DNA from: Candidatus Marinacidobacterales bacterium
GTDB lineage: Bacteria > Acidobacteriota > Vicinamibacteria > Marinacidobacterales > DATDRI01
Assembly: GCA_965219415.1 (NCBI GenBank)
Contig: CBDCNP010000002.1
Span: 3,040,001 to 3,104,000 of the forward strand
Direction of reading: 5' to 3'
DNA: 64,000 nt
Notes under the pieces: generated by a model
The model's input: the letters and a program-made list of their open reading frames with translations, nothing else
The model's database searches: none
What the model was told of the DNA's origin: nothing
Shown here: positions 24,866 to 36,409 of the stretch, piece after piece
Layout: every line of letters begins with the position of its first letter
How positions within the stretch are numbered: the stretch's first letter is position 1
Position numbers and translations under genes: made by a program

Positions 24866-25147
24866 CCCGTGGTGTCCAATAACACAAACGAACTCAAGAC
24901 TCTTGCGCCACCTTGGCCCGATCTCAAACATAGACACTAAGCTGCGGATTTATGGTCTCTTTCAAAAGAGCCGAGTTTTGGCACAGGACGGGATCGGCGT
25001 CCTCATGACCGAGGATTCTAGCTCCCATCGCCCAACCAAGCGCATACACGTCTATTCCGAAACATCCCGGCGTGCCGATCTTGAGTTCGTTTGTATTTTT
25101 GGACACGACGGCGTACACGTCATCAACAGCAAACAGCGCAAGCACCC
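24866..25147. mobile_element. Family D mini-element (24866-24992), further D end (to 25111) and A MITE end (to 25147)
   Basis: CCCGTGGTGTCCAATAAC ... GTTTTGGCACAGGACGGG form imperfect TIRs. Confidence 0.7.
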
Positions 25148-25182
25148 GTGGCGGCAGGCTCGGGTGTGCCGCCACCGAACCA

Positions 25183-27768
25183 TCAGAACGAGACGGTTGT
25201 GGTCATCGACACCGTCCGCGGCGCGCCGAGCCAGGCGGCGTTCTCGGTGATGGCTGAGAGGTAGGCGCTGTCGAGCAAGTTATTCACCACAATCGAGAAC
25301 TCCGTCGATCGGAGCAAATTGCTCAACGCCTCGCCCGAGAAACTGATGTAGGCGTCCACCAGCCAGTAGGCGTCCGCGTACCAGTCCGCGGTCAGGCTGA
25401 CACGCCGCGACGACGTGTACTTGGCGGTAAGTCCCGCGCCGAGCGGCCCGCTACGGTCAAGCGAAACGACCCACAGCCGGGCCGGCACCCCGGTGACGTC
25501 AGTGCCCGCCACGATGCCCTGGTTCGCGTCGACGAGTGAATCGCCGCTCCCGATGTACTCCGAGTCATTGAACGTGAAGGCGGTGTAGAAAGACGTCCGA
25601 TGCGGCATCTGCACTGTCGCCGAAAGCTCGATACCGCTCGTGTCGATACCGCCTGCGTTGAAGTAGGCTCCGCCTCCTGGGATGAGGTAGTTGGGACCGG
25701 CAGGCGTTTGCGGGCCGAGGTAGAAGATCCGGTTCTCGAAATCGATGGTGTACCAGGTGGCGCTCAATGCCACCCGGTCCCCCGAATACTGCAGCCCGAT
25801 ATCGATGTTCGAAGCGGTTTCCGGTTCGAGCAGGTCAAGACTCCGGCCCGGCACCTCAAGCAGCGTGCTGCTGAACGCCTTGAAGTTCTGGGCATAGCCC
25901 GCAAAGAAGTCGAGCCCTTCGACCGGCGTATCATATGTGACGCCACCGGAGAAGAGCAGGTCCGAATCGGAATCGACGGTCAGGTCCGGGTCGACATTGA
26001 ACAAGTCCTCGCGCGACACGCCCACGAGGAACTGCTTGACGCCGCCGCTCAGCGCGAACGGGCCAGCGTAGATCGTCTCCTCGACGTACCACTTGAAGAC
26101 GTTCTGCGGGAAATCCCACTCGTACTGGTGCCAGTAGGCTTGCTCATCCCACTTGAAGCTGAGCGTCGGGTCCAGCATCCGGTGCCAGTCCCGGCCAAGG
26201 TCCCGCCGCGAGTCTTCGTACCAGATGCCGGCGCGCAGCGTGCTGCCGGCGTCGCCGATGGTAGTGAACCACTCCTCGTCGAGCGTCACGCCGACACGGT
26301 CCTTCCCGTAGTGGCTGTGGCGGTACGACTGCACCGCAGTAGCGCCGGGGTGGCACACCGGGTCGACCTCCGGACCTCCCGAGCCGTAGTAGTTGAAGAT
26401 GTAGGACGACGTACATCCGGGCATCGGCCCGACAGCAACTCCGTTCCGGTTCACGAACCGGATCAAGCCGAGCTGCGCACCGCCCCGGACTGGTGTCCCG
26501 CCCATCAACTCCGACTCCGGCCCGCCGTCGTCGGTGACGTCGACGATGTAAGGGGGCAGCCAGTCGCCGCGGCCCCGGTTGCGATGAAAATAGGCGCCCA
26601 AGCTCAGCGAGGTGACGTCGCTGAACGACCAATCCGCCTTCAGGTAGCCGAACGTGTTGTTCCGCCGGGTCTGCCAGCCGGGCCGGTAGAACTGGTTCAG
26701 GTATGGCACACCGGGCCAGTCGCCGACCAGGCGGTCCCACCGCGGGTTGGCCCTGAAGTCGGCATCGCTGTAGATCCGCTGGTAGGTGTCCTCGTGGATG
26801 CTGTCGTACGAGATGTAGCTGGTCAGATCGAGGCGTCCGTGCGACGAAACGAGCTTGGCGGCGACGTGCTCCCGCTCGTTCCGCGCGGAGCCCTGCACCC
26901 AGTCGGTCGCCTCCTGACGGACCGTGGCGAGCCAGGCACGCGTCTCACCACCGAACAACGATCCGGTGTCGACCCGCATCGAGAACCGCCTGCCGTCGTT
27001 CTCGCCGATCGTGGCCGACGCGGTATAGGTCCGCTCCGCCGCCGGATTGTCCGTCAGGTAGTTGAAGGTGCCACCCAGCGCCTCGACCGATCGGGAGGCT
27101 ATGTCGGCCGTCCCCTGAGACACCTCGACACCTCCGAGGTTCATCGGGTCGATGAACCGGTTCGCCTTGGCACCGCTCCAGTAGTCGGAGGTGCCGTTCG
27201 GAAAACCGTCGATGGTTGTGCCGATCTGCGCGTCGTTGATGGTCACCTGAAAGCCGCGCATGGCGACGTTGCTCGACCAGTCGTCGAAGCCGTAGGCGTC
27301 CCCCTCCTGGACGGATACACCGGGGAGGTTGTCCACCACCGACGTCACGCTGGTGATGTTTGACTGCTGCAGCATCATCGGTTCGGCGACGACGTTGCGC
27401 GCGAAGGTCTGGGGCTCCTCGGCGACGACGCTGACCGTTTCCAGCAGCCGCGTGACCTGCAGGCTGACGTTCACCGTCGGCGCGGACGCGGCGGCCAGCT
27501 CGACGGTACGCGCCAACTCCTCGAAGCCTGGCAGTGTGAACGTAATGGTGTACACGCCCGGCGGCAGCGCCTCGAACACGTAACTTCCGTCCCCATCGGT
27601 TACAACCACGTACGGGCCGCCGGCCAGCGCGGGTCCCGCGGCTGCGACGGTCACGCCGGGCAGCACACCGCCGGTTTCGTCGGTGACCGTGCCCGCAATT
27701 CGGCCGTCCTGCGCACTGGCGGCGCACGGGGCTACCACCAAGCATGTCACAATCAGAGCGATCTTCAT
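25183..27768 (-). CDS. TonB-dependent receptor with N-terminal carboxypeptidase-regulatory-like domain
   Basis: Signal peptide; GTVTDETGGVLPGVTV; plug; LEPETA; NNLLD; C-terminal Phe. Confidence 0.9.
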   Translation of the reverse strand: MKIALIVTCLVVAPCAASAQDGRIAGTVTDETGGVLPGVTVAAAGPALAGGPYVVVTDGDGSYVFEALPPGVYTITFTLPGFEELARTVELAAASAPTVNVSLQVTRLLETVSVVAEEPQTFARNVVAEPMMLQQSNITSVTSVVDNLPGVSVQEGDAYGFDDWSSNVAMRGFQVTINDAQIGTTIDGFPNGTSDYWSGAKANRFIDPMNLGGVEVSQGTADIASRSVEALGGTFNYLTDNPAAERTYTASATIGENDGRRFSMRVDTGSLFGGETRAWLATVRQEATDWVQGSARNEREHVAAKLVSSHGRLDLTSYISYDSIHEDTYQRIYSDADFRANPRWDRLVGDWPGVPYLNQFYRPGWQTRRNNTFGYLKADWSFSDVTSLSLGAYFHRNRGRGDWLPPYIVDVTDDGGPESELMGGTPVRGGAQLGLIRFVNRNGVAVGPMPGCTSSYIFNYYGSGGPEVDPVCHPGATAVQSYRHSHYGKDRVGVTLDEEWFTTIGDAGSTLRAGIWYEDSRRDLGRDWHRMLDPTLSFKWDEQAYWHQYEWDFPQNVFKWYVEETIYAGPFALSGGVKQFLVGVSREDLFNVDPDLTVDSDSDLLFSGGVTYDTPVEGLDFFAGYAQNFKAFSSTLLEVPGRSLDLLEPETASNIDIGLQYSGDRVALSATWYTIDFENRIFYLGPQTPAGPNYLIPGGGAYFNAGGIDTSGIELSATVQMPHRTSFYTAFTFNDSEYIGSGDSLVDANQGIVAGTDVTGVPARLWVVSLDRSGPLGAGLTAKYTSSRRVSLTADWYADAYWLVDAYISFSGEALSNLLRSTEFSIVVNNLLDSAYLSAITENAAWLGAPRTVSMTTTVSF

Positions 27769-27890
27769 TGCCAGCTACCCCCCCTCCACGTTACTCGAGG
27801 CTACGAACACAACACGACGCTCACACGCCGCCACCGAGTCACGGCCGTGAGAGAACGTTTACACTTCTACATCATTTTATGTGACATTTG

Positions 27891-28262
27891 GATGCTTCCG
27901 CCATTAAATGTTGGTGAGATGACGCTAAGACCCTACGGTGCATTAAATTACAGCTAAAATAACGCTCACGAAACGCTTGAGTCGATAGCTCGGAAGCCAT
28001 GCTTCGAGAAGCCGATGGTCGGGAAGTCGAGGACCTGAACAGGCGGGTCCGGGCCGTGCTGAGTCACGCCGTCGCCGCTTCACCGTGTTCGGCGCGATCT
28101 TGTGGCCCAGGTTGGCCATAGCTCCTTGGATTCGAGCGTAGCCCCAAGACGGGCTCGACTTGGCCATGCGCACGACCAACTCCTCGATTTCCGACGAGAT
28201 GGGCGGACGCCCCGTTTGACGACGAGGGTACGTCCATTGCCTCGCGATGAGCTCACGGTGCC
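27891..28262 (-). mobile_element. Family A MITE fragment plus internal fragment of an rve-type transposase
   Basis: GATGCTTCCGCCATTAAATGTTG; GRPPISSEIEELVVRMAKSSPSWGYARIQGA. Confidence 0.7.
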
Positions 28263-30885
28263 ACACGAAGGACTTGACGGCGATCGGGCGGTTCGGGATC
28301 GGCTTCAAGTCGGTCTATGCCTTCACGGACCGGCCCGAGGTCCACTCCGGCACGGAAGCCTTCGCCATCGAGAGCTTTGTCTGGCCGGTCGCCACATCGG
28401 AGGTCGCGCGTGACCCAGAGGAGACTGTCATCGCCATCCCCCTCAAGGCTACTGACGAATCCGGGCATGACGAGATTGCTCTCGGACTCGGCAGCCTCGG
28501 TGCCTCGGCGCTGCTGTTCCTGCGCCAGATCGAGGAAATTCGCTGGAGCGTTGAGGGCGGTCGGTCGAGGCGCTACCTCCGGGAATCAAAGGAAATCGAG
28601 GCCGGCGTTCGGCGCGTGACCGTAATTGACCAGGAACAAGATCAACCGGACTCTAGTAAAGAGTGGCTGGTCATCTCGCAAGCCGTGACCGCGGAGGATG
28701 GCGAGCCAGCGGGGCATGTCGAGCTCTCGTTCTCACTGGCTAGAGACAAGAGCTCCCAGCGAGAGCGCATCCAACGCGTCGAACGTTCCCCGCTCGTGGT
28801 ATTTTTCTCGACAGTACTGGAGACGCACCTCGGCTTCCTTGTTCAGGGCCCCTACCGGACGACCCCAAGCCGCGACAACGTGCCGCACAGCGACACTTGG
28901 AATCAGAGCCTCGTAGGGCAGACCGCTTCGCTCCTCGGGGAAGCCCTCTGCTGGCTGCGGGATAACGATCTCCTCGACACGGCGGGGCTCCGGTGCCTGC
29001 CGCTTGATCCGGTGAAGTTCGGAGAATCCAGCATGTTCGCGCCGCTCTACGATGCTACGAAGTCGGCGCTCTCGTCAGAGTGTCTGCTGCCGCGTTTCGA
29101 CGCCGGACATGTGACAGCCACTTGCGCACGGCTCGGACGCACGCAGGAACTGCGCGAGCTGTTCACGCCGACACAGCTCGCAGCGCTCTACGGAGAGGAG
29201 AACCAGCTCGTCTGGCTGAGCGAAGACATCACGCAGGATCGGACGCCTGAGCTTCGCCGCTACCTGATGCAGGAGCTGGACGTCCCGGAATTCACGCCGG
29301 AGACCGTCATCCCGCGTCTCGATCAAGGATTTCTTGAGGCACAATCCGACGACTGGATCGGGAAGCTCTACAAGTTCCTCAACGGGCAGCCCCGATTACG
29401 GCGACAGTTCCAAGTTCTGCCACTAATCAGGCTTGATGACGGTAGGCACGTCTCGCCGCGCTCGGACGGCCAGCCCCAGGCGTTTCTGCCGGGTCCGATC
29501 GAGACGGGCTTCCCGGTTGTGCGCGCCGCAGTGTGCGTCGGCGAGACGTCGTTCGAGTTCTTGCGGTCACTGGGGCTGATGGAGCCCGACCCAGTGGATG
29601 ACATCGTCCGGAACGTTCTCCCGAAGTACCAGCAGGACGAGGTCGATGTGAGCGATGCAGATTATGAAGCGGATATTCGTCGGATACTTAACGCGTTTGG
29701 CACGGATTCGAAGAAGCGACGAGAGAAGCTGGTGGCTGCACTGCGCGGGACGGCGTTCGTGAAGGCTATTCACGCGGGCGATGGATACAAAGCGGTCAAG
29801 AAACCGGGCGAGCTCTATCTAGCAACGGAACGCCTCAAGAAGCTGTTTGCCAGCGTTGATGGTGTGTTTCTCGTCAACGACGCCTACGCATGCCTGCGGG
29901 GCGAAGACATCCGCGAGCTACTCGAAGTATGCGGTGCCACGCGGTCTCTGCAACCGGTTCCCGTCGAGTGCCACCTGTCATGGAGGGAACGGACCGAGAT
30001 CCGGCGGACTCAGGGCCTTGAGCGATCGACGTGGGAGCGGCGAACCGACGACAAGACACTTCGTGGGCTGGATGCGCTGTTGAGTCTGCTGCCGAGCGTC
30101 GGACCGGCTGAACGGCGACAAAGGTCGGCTCTGCTTTGGAAGGCCCTCGCAGATGTCGAGAGCCGTCAAGGCTCTCGAACGTTCGAAGTCGAGTATACAT
30201 GGAGCTATTCGCACGAGATGAAAACGGCCACGTTCGACGCCGCCTTCGTTAAACAGCTTCAGGAAAGAGCATGGGTCCACGATGCAGACGGTAACCTGCT
30301 CGCCCCGGAGCTGGTCGTTTTCGACACGCTCGGTTGGAAGCCGAACCCGTTCCTCCTCTCCAAGATTCGCTTCAAGCCGCCGATCGTCGACCAACTCGCC
30401 AAGGAGGCGGGGATCGAGCCGGGGGTGTTGGACCTTCTCAAGAAGCATGGCATCACCAGCGAAGCTGACCTGCGCGAGCGACTCGGGGTGAAGGAGGAAC
30501 CCACATCCGACAACGTGGTCAATCCAGTTGCCATTGATGACGCGTTGAAGAGCCTGCTCGGCGACACACCGTCGCCGACACCCCCCGTTCCAGATCCCGC
30601 CGGAGTGGACCCTATGCCTCCAAGCGGCGGCGAGGGTAGCGGTAGCTGCACGTCGAGAAGCGCGGGCGGACGGCGGTTCATTTCATACGTTGCAACGCAT
30701 CCCGATGGCGAGGACTCTGACCCCGATGGCTTCGATCAAGCCGCGCATATGGCGCTTGAGGCGAAGGCCATCAAGTTCATCCTGTCAAAGCCAGGGTGGC
30801 AGCGAGCACCGACGCACAACCCGGGCTTCGATCTCTACGAGAAAGGACCGGATGAGCAGCCGACGCGGTGGTGTGAAATCAAAGC
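28263..30885 (+). pseudogene. Sacsin-like HATPase / NO VEIN (DUF3883) protein truncated at both ends
   Basis: IGRFGIGFKSVY, FLVQGPYRTTPSRD, C-terminal NPGFDL...CEIK; ATPase N-terminus absent; 3' end cut by a MITE. Confidence 0.75.
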
Positions 30886-31051
30886 GGTGCTTGCGCTGTT
30901 TGCTGTTGGTGATGTGTACGTATCCCTTTGCAAAAAAAGCGCTTACGCTCCATTTAGCGCACGGCGAAGGTCGTGAGCGCTATTTTGGCTGTAATTTAAT
31001 GCAGCGTAAAGTCTTAGCGTCATCTCACCAACACTTAATAGCGGAAGCACC
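30886..31051 (-). mobile_element. Family A 166-bp MITE
   Basis: Reverse-complement copy of 8200-8365. Confidence 0.85.
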
Positions 31052-31174
31052 GCTTTATGCTCGAAGCGTGAGGTTTGGGGCCGTCCCGTCGGCTTGCTGC
31101 AACTGCCCGACGGATCGCTTCTCGTGAGCGACGACGGTGGCGGGAAGATCTGGAGGATTACCTACCGCGGTTAG
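31052..31174 (+). pseudogene. 3' remnant of a PQQ-dependent sugar/sorbosone dehydrogenase
   Basis: WGRPVGLLQLPDGSLLVSDDGGGKIWRITYRG-stop. Confidence 0.75.
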
Positions 31175-31225
31175 GGCTTGAGCGCCGCGGGTTCCTGCAG
31201 GGCGACGGCTAGCTCTCGCAAGGGT

Positions 31226-31320
31226 TGTGATCCGCAAAAAAGGAAGATCGGCCAGAAGCAGCCGACCATGGCGAGTCTAAAACGCGCAATCAACGCTGGA
31301 TCGACTTTTTGCGGAGCACA
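31226..31320 (-). mobile_element. Family E ~94-bp MITE
   Basis: TGTGATCCGCAAAAAA ... TTTTTGCGGAGCACA; copy at 37499. Confidence 0.85.
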
Positions 31321-31395
31321 CCACTGACATTAGCATTCAAATGCCTCTAGCGGCGTAGCAGCCTTTGATGGCAGAAGCACCACCTGCTAGCATCC

Positions 31396-32111
31396 TGTCC
31401 ATCATCATTACTTGTCCGGGACTGGACTCTAGGCCCGGACTGCCCTCGAGCTCATGCTGGAGAGCGTGGTCAGCGCGCGAGGGAAGGTTCTGAGGACGAA
31501 CTTCTCGGCGACCAGCCGAGTAGCGCGAGCGACCAAGCTGACTCAGGCTGCCTCTCGCCACTCGTATCGATGGTGCAGTCCACCGACTCGAGGCAGCGCG
31601 ACGACTTTCGCCGTAGGAGACGGTCGGTGCGTGATCGCTCTCAAGCTCGGTGTGTCCTTGTTCAGCCCCAAGTGGCAACGGTCCTCATGATAGTAGCTGA
31701 TGTAAGCTCGCACGAGCCGGATGAGATGACATGCGCCGAGAACCACGACGTGCTCAAGGAGCTCGCGACGGCAGCTGCCGACCCACCGCTCCGCGGTTCC
31801 GTTTTGCCATGGGCTGCGAAACGAAGTGCGAACGGGTTTTGTGCCCGTTGCCTTGATGAACTCGATGACCGCAGCGCTAAAGATGAAGTCGCGATCGAAG
31901 ATGAGATATTTCGGAGCGGTGTCGTAGGGAAACGCCTCACGCAGTTGCTGAATAACCCAAGCAGACGTCGGGTGGAAGGTGGCGTTGAAGTGAACGATGT
32001 GCCGACGACCGTGCTCGATGACGAAGAAGCCGTACAGCAGCCGGAGCGACGCGGTGGGCACGGTGAACAGATCCATGGCGGCGATATCGTCTTTATGGTT
32101 GCGCAAGAAAG
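31396..32111 (-). mobile_element. Family B IS, 3' half, cut by a family C element
   Basis: Near identity to ~23530-24245. Confidence 0.88.
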
Positions 32112-33312
32112 CCCGTGAGGTCAAAATACTCATGCGGCTTCCCGATGGTAGAAACGTAGCAACCCGCCAAGCCGTTCACGGGAGCGCACCTTGCGCTCGG
32201 ACTGAGGTAACGGGTCGCTGGCTGGGAACAGCAGCAGATTCTCCTTGCCTTGATGATTCCTCTCGTGGTGATAGTAGACGACGTACTCCCTAAGCGCATG
32301 ACGGAGCGACTTCTCGCCGAACAGGATGAGCTTCGAGAGACATTCCTCTTTGACTGACTTCACCCAGCGCTCCGCGAACGAGTTCAAATCCGGGCTCCGT
32401 GCGGGCAGCTTGACGGGCGCGACGCCAACCGCCTCGATGGTCCGGTGGAACGACTCGCAGAACTTCGAGTCCCGGTCGTGAATGAGGTATCGGCTCGAGG
32501 ACAGAAAGCCGACATCTGCCATGGTCACGTTGCGAGCCACTTGAGTCATCCACTGTTCGTTCGGATGCGGCGTGATGCCGGCGACGTGGACTCGACGGGT
32601 AGCCAGGTGCATGAAGAACAGAACGTAGTACGTCACCAACCCGCCCTGAGTCCACACTTGCGTGGTGAAGAAATCTGTCGCCGCGAGCACGTCCATGTGC
32701 GAGCGGATGAACTCCCTCCACGTCGTGGTCTTCCGACGCTCTGGTGCGAGCGGAATGCCGTGGCGTTTCAGAATGTTACCGACGGTTTGGTCGGCCACTT
32801 CATACCCGACGTTGGCTAGCGCCCCTGCAATCCGATCGTAACCCCAGGACTTGTTCTCCTTGGCGAGACGCACTACCAGATCTTCGATGTCGGCGTCGAT
32901 TCGTGGTCGCCCTGGATACGGACGGTTCTTGGAGCTGTCGAACTTCTTCGCGACAAGCCTCCGGTGCCAACCTAGGATCGTGTCGGGATTCACGATACTC
33001 GCGATCTCATCAAGGGCTTGCTTACCCAGACGCTTTCCGAGCTCGGCCAGAGACCGCCGTTCGTCATCGGTCAGGTGCAAGCGACCCTGGAGCTGATTTC
33101 GAAGAACTCGATTCTCGGCCACAAGATACTCGTTGCGCAGGAGCAACTCCGCATCCACGGATCCTGAGATGTAGCTCAGCATGGTCTTCCAATCCATCGC
33201 AACTCCTTCCGCTGAACTGGAATACGTATCCGACAGCGATGGCGGATTCAAGCGGCCTTTGCGAAGGTGCAAACTGCTGACCCGCTGGGCGTTCGAGTAT
33301 TTTGACCAGACG
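32112..33312 (-). mobile_element. Family C IS (rve integrase-type), intact
   Basis: TIRs CCGTGAGGTCAAAATACTC and GAGTATTTTGACCAGACG. Confidence 0.88.
32130..33197 (-). CDS. Integrase-core (DDE) transposase
   Basis: WGYDRIAGAL, ATDFFT, IHDRDSKF, SPDLNSFAERW; start MDWKT follows an AAGGAG RBS. Confidence 0.92.
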   Translation of the reverse strand: MDWKTMLSYISGSVDAELLLRNEYLVAENRVLRNQLQGRLHLTDDERRSLAELGKRLGKQALDEIASIVNPDTILGWHRRLVAKKFDSSKNRPYPGRPRIDADIEDLVVRLAKENKSWGYDRIAGALANVGYEVADQTVGNILKRHGIPLAPERRKTTTWREFIRSHMDVLAATDFFTTQVWTQGGLVTYYVLFFMHLATRRVHVAGITPHPNEQWMTQVARNVTMADVGFLSSSRYLIHDRDSKFCESFHRTIEAVGVAPVKLPARSPDLNSFAERWVKSVKEECLSKLILFGEKSLRHALREYVVYYHHERNHQGKENLLLFPASDPLPQSERKVRSRERLGGLLRFYHREAA

Positions 33313-34049
33313 ACCAATGGACCCCGTCCTGTGCCAAAACTCGGCCCAGCCGGCATTGACGAAAGAACTGCGCCTGTCCCTTCCATAAACTCGAGCTGTA
33401 TGAGATTGGCGAATTTCCTGCAACCGGAATGCTTTGGTCGTCTTCATGTAGGACGTTTTAAGAGCCGGCGTCGGCTCTACTCAACAACCTGTCCCGGCTT
33501 CAGGAAGTTCAGGTTCGACGTGAGGCCGCGCGTAAACGTCTCTGGGTCCACGTAGGCGCAATGCCAGCACAGCTTGCGCGCTCGAACTCCTAAAACGTCC
33601 CGGCGCGCCGGTCTTGATTTCGTTTGTGTTTTTGGACACGACGGGGTGCCGATGAAGATCGAGCCAAGCAGCTGGCCGCAGCGTTGGCGGCCCTAGACAG
33701 TAACGATGAGAACTCGCTCATTAATCGACTGGTGCGCGAAATCCATCGCGCACGACAGGCGGTGCTGAACGCGGTGAACCCCGACGCTCTGGATTCACCC
33801 ATGGCGATCATAAAGGCCACGCTCACCGACCTGCTCAACGAGCACGCGAGGTCGCAAGCCGAGATGCTGCGGGCCCAGCAGGACCAGAGCCGCGTGTCCG
33901 CTCACACCCGTACCTCGTTGTATCTATCAAGAGCAACTATTTACTTGACTAACCACCTTCTACGATCCTCCCTATCTCGATAATGGTAGGAACTCGACTC
34001 CCAGGCCCGGCGCGTAATAACCTGTAGAATCGAAAGGATATAGATACCC

Positions 34050-34779
34050 ATGCGTTTCGTGGCTATGGTGTTCGTGGCGCTCATGGGCTGGACAGCCGAA
34101 GCGGACGCTACGCTGATTTTGGTGTACCGATCCAGCGACGCGATCATCATCGCCGCTGATAGTCTCAGGACGATCGGCACTGACCCGCCCAGACAAGTTC
34201 ACGTGTGCAAAATCCGAAACTTTGGGGACGTAGTGTTCGCTGCTAGTGGCACCAGCTATTCACGAGGGCCGTTGTCACTCGACGCGATCACCGCAGAACT
34301 TCACCGGGCCACGTATCCCGTCTTCTGGGACCGGATCAAAATGTTCGATTACGTGGTAGATACGGACTTCAAAAAGGTCCACAGCAGGAGGGTAACGACT
34401 GCCCATCGTGAGAAGCTAGAGCCTGAAATCCTAACGTTTGAGTACATTCTCGGCTTCATACTGGATGGTCGACTGGTCGCGTTGACAAGACGACTCACAA
34501 GTTCGCGCGCCGGCGTGGATTTTGGTACGCGGGAAGTCCTATCCGTGGGCACCGTCTTGCCATTAGGACAACCCGACATTCTGGACCATCTCTCCGATGT
34601 CGACCTTCCCGACGGTGCAGACAATACGGACCTGCCCACACTATTCACGGCGACCATTAACCACCAAGCGCAACGCATGCCGACGAAGGTCGGCGGCCAC
34701 GTCGACATCATCCGCCTGGCCGCCGATGGTGCCGAGTGGCTACAGCGCAAGGATCAGTGCGCCGCCCAAGAGGCCAGAC
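34050..34779 (+). CDS. Signal-peptide-bearing proteasome-beta/HslV-like Ntn hydrolase; native 3' end replaced by IS sequence
   Basis: After ADA| the sequence has T1...AAD17S...CK34I...ASG47 and a C-terminal VGGHVDIIRL. Confidence 0.6.
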
Positions 34780-34969
34780 CCCGTGAGGTCAAAATACTCA
34801 TGCGGCTTCCCGATGGTAGAAACGTAGCAACCCGCCAAGCCGTTCACGGGAGCGCACCTTTCGTGGTGATGGTAGACGACGTACTCCCTAAGTGCATGGT
34901 GGATTCAAGCGGCTCTTGGAAAGGTGCAAACTGCTGACCCGCTGGGCGTTCGAGTATTTTGACCAGACG
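34780..34969 (-). mobile_element. Family C internally deleted mini-element
   Basis: Both family C TIRs joined through short internal pieces. Confidence 0.85.
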
Positions 34970-35093
34970 ACATGGCACACCAGTCTTGATACAGCCAGTC
35001 TCATAAAGGAGGCGCACAAGCAAAGAGGGAACGGGCATTAACTCCGATGAACTTGTGTAATTGTTAGCGGCGGCTGTAAATTGCACATTTGTG

Positions 35094-35260
35094 GGTGCTT
35101 GCGCTGTTTGCTGTTGGTGATGTGTACGTATCCCTTTGCAAAAAAAAGAGTTTACGCTCCATTTAGCGTGCGGCGAAGGTCGTGAGCGCTATTTTGGCTG
35201 TAATTTAATGCAGCGTAGAGTCTTAGCGTCATCCCACCAACACTTAATGGCGGAAGCACC
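35094..35260 (-). mobile_element. Family A 166-bp MITE
   Basis: Copy of 30886-31051. Confidence 0.85.
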
Positions 35261-35468
35261 AAACATCGACGTGGCCTTCATGACCATGAACCTCCCCTAC
35301 ACGATGCCCTCCGAGGAGGCGGCGGAATGCGTGCGAGCATTCGAGCCGAGGATCGTCTATCCGTACCACTATCGCGGCTCAGATCTGAACGTTTTCGTCT
35401 CGGCGCTGAAGGACAAGTCAAACATAGAGGTTCGCGTTCGCGAGTGGTACGGGGGCTCCTCGAACTAA
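35261..35468 (+). pseudogene. 3' remnant of an MBL-fold metallo-hydrolase
   Basis: IDVAFMTMNLPYTM...PRIVYPYHY. Confidence 0.75.
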
Positions 35469-35778
35469 CACCCATTGGCGATCGTCGAAAACCCCGTAGC
35501 GAAACTTACCAACGCCACACCTCACCGATGTTCTCGATCCGGGCGAGGCGGTCGCTTGATCTGATAGCATGATGACGAAGTGGAGGAGCGCCGTTCTTTT
35601 TCCACGGACCTAATACGTATCCGACCGCGACGGCGGATTCAAGCGGTCTTTGGAAAGGTGCAAACTGTTAACCCGCTGGGCGTTCGAGTATTTTGACCAG
35701 ACGGGCGAGACTCAACTAAAACAGTCTCCGGAAAACCCGGAGCGGTTCCAAAACAGACAGCGAGGAGAGGAGAGACAA

Positions 35779-36300
35779 ATGCAGCCACTTTACGATCCCG
35801 AGGGTGTTCGGCCCATGTGGGAGGAGCTTGCCCAATGCGGGGTCGAGCCCGTGCAAACAAGAGAGAACGTCGACGAGGCCTTGAAGAGGTCTGGGACAAC
35901 GCTCGTGGTGGTGAACTCGGTTTGTGGATGTGCTGCCGGCTCGGCGCGCCCGGGTGTGACTCGCGCCCTGCAACACAGCACAATTCCCGATCACCTCACG
36001 ACGGTCTTCGCCGGCGTGGACCGTGAGGCCACGGAGCGCGCCAGAGAGCACATGGTCGGCGTTGCTCCGAGCTCACCTTCGGTGGCCCTTTTCAAGGACG
36101 GCGAGCTCGTGCACATGCTTGAGCGACGACATATAGAGATGATGAACGATGAAATGGTGGCGCAGAACCTGACCGAGGTTTTCGACAAGTACTGCTCTCG
36201 ACAGGGACCGTCCGTCCCCAGAGAAGAGTACGAGAAGGTGGTGCACGCGCGGCAGTGTGGCTCCTCGGTGCCGTTGTTCGATCCCCTCTCAAGCCACTAG
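35779..36300 (+). CDS. BrxA/BrxB-family bacilliredoxin
   Basis: VVVNSVCGCAAGSARP, TVFAGVDREAT, PSSPSVALFKDG; GGAG RBS. Confidence 0.9.
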   Translation: MQPLYDPEGVRPMWEELAQCGVEPVQTRENVDEALKRSGTTLVVVNSVCGCAAGSARPGVTRALQHSTIPDHLTTVFAGVDREATERAREHMVGVAPSSPSVALFKDGELVHMLERRHIEMMNDEMVAQNLTEVFDKYCSRQGPSVPREEYEKVVHARQCGSSVPLFDPLSSH

Positions 36301-36409
36301 CAGGCGCTCTTCTCCCCGGCAAAGTCCAGTCCCGTCTCGGCCTTGGGGGCTGTTCCCCGCCCGTGGCGTGTCCCACCACCCATCCGGCCAGCCGTGCGCA
36401 CCTGTGCTC

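Noticed and set aside
25600-27363. 587-aa plus-strand ORF and similar long antisense ORFs (7073, 15075, 16269)
   Set aside because: Shadow frames opposite well-supported GC-rich genes; no recognisable motifs.
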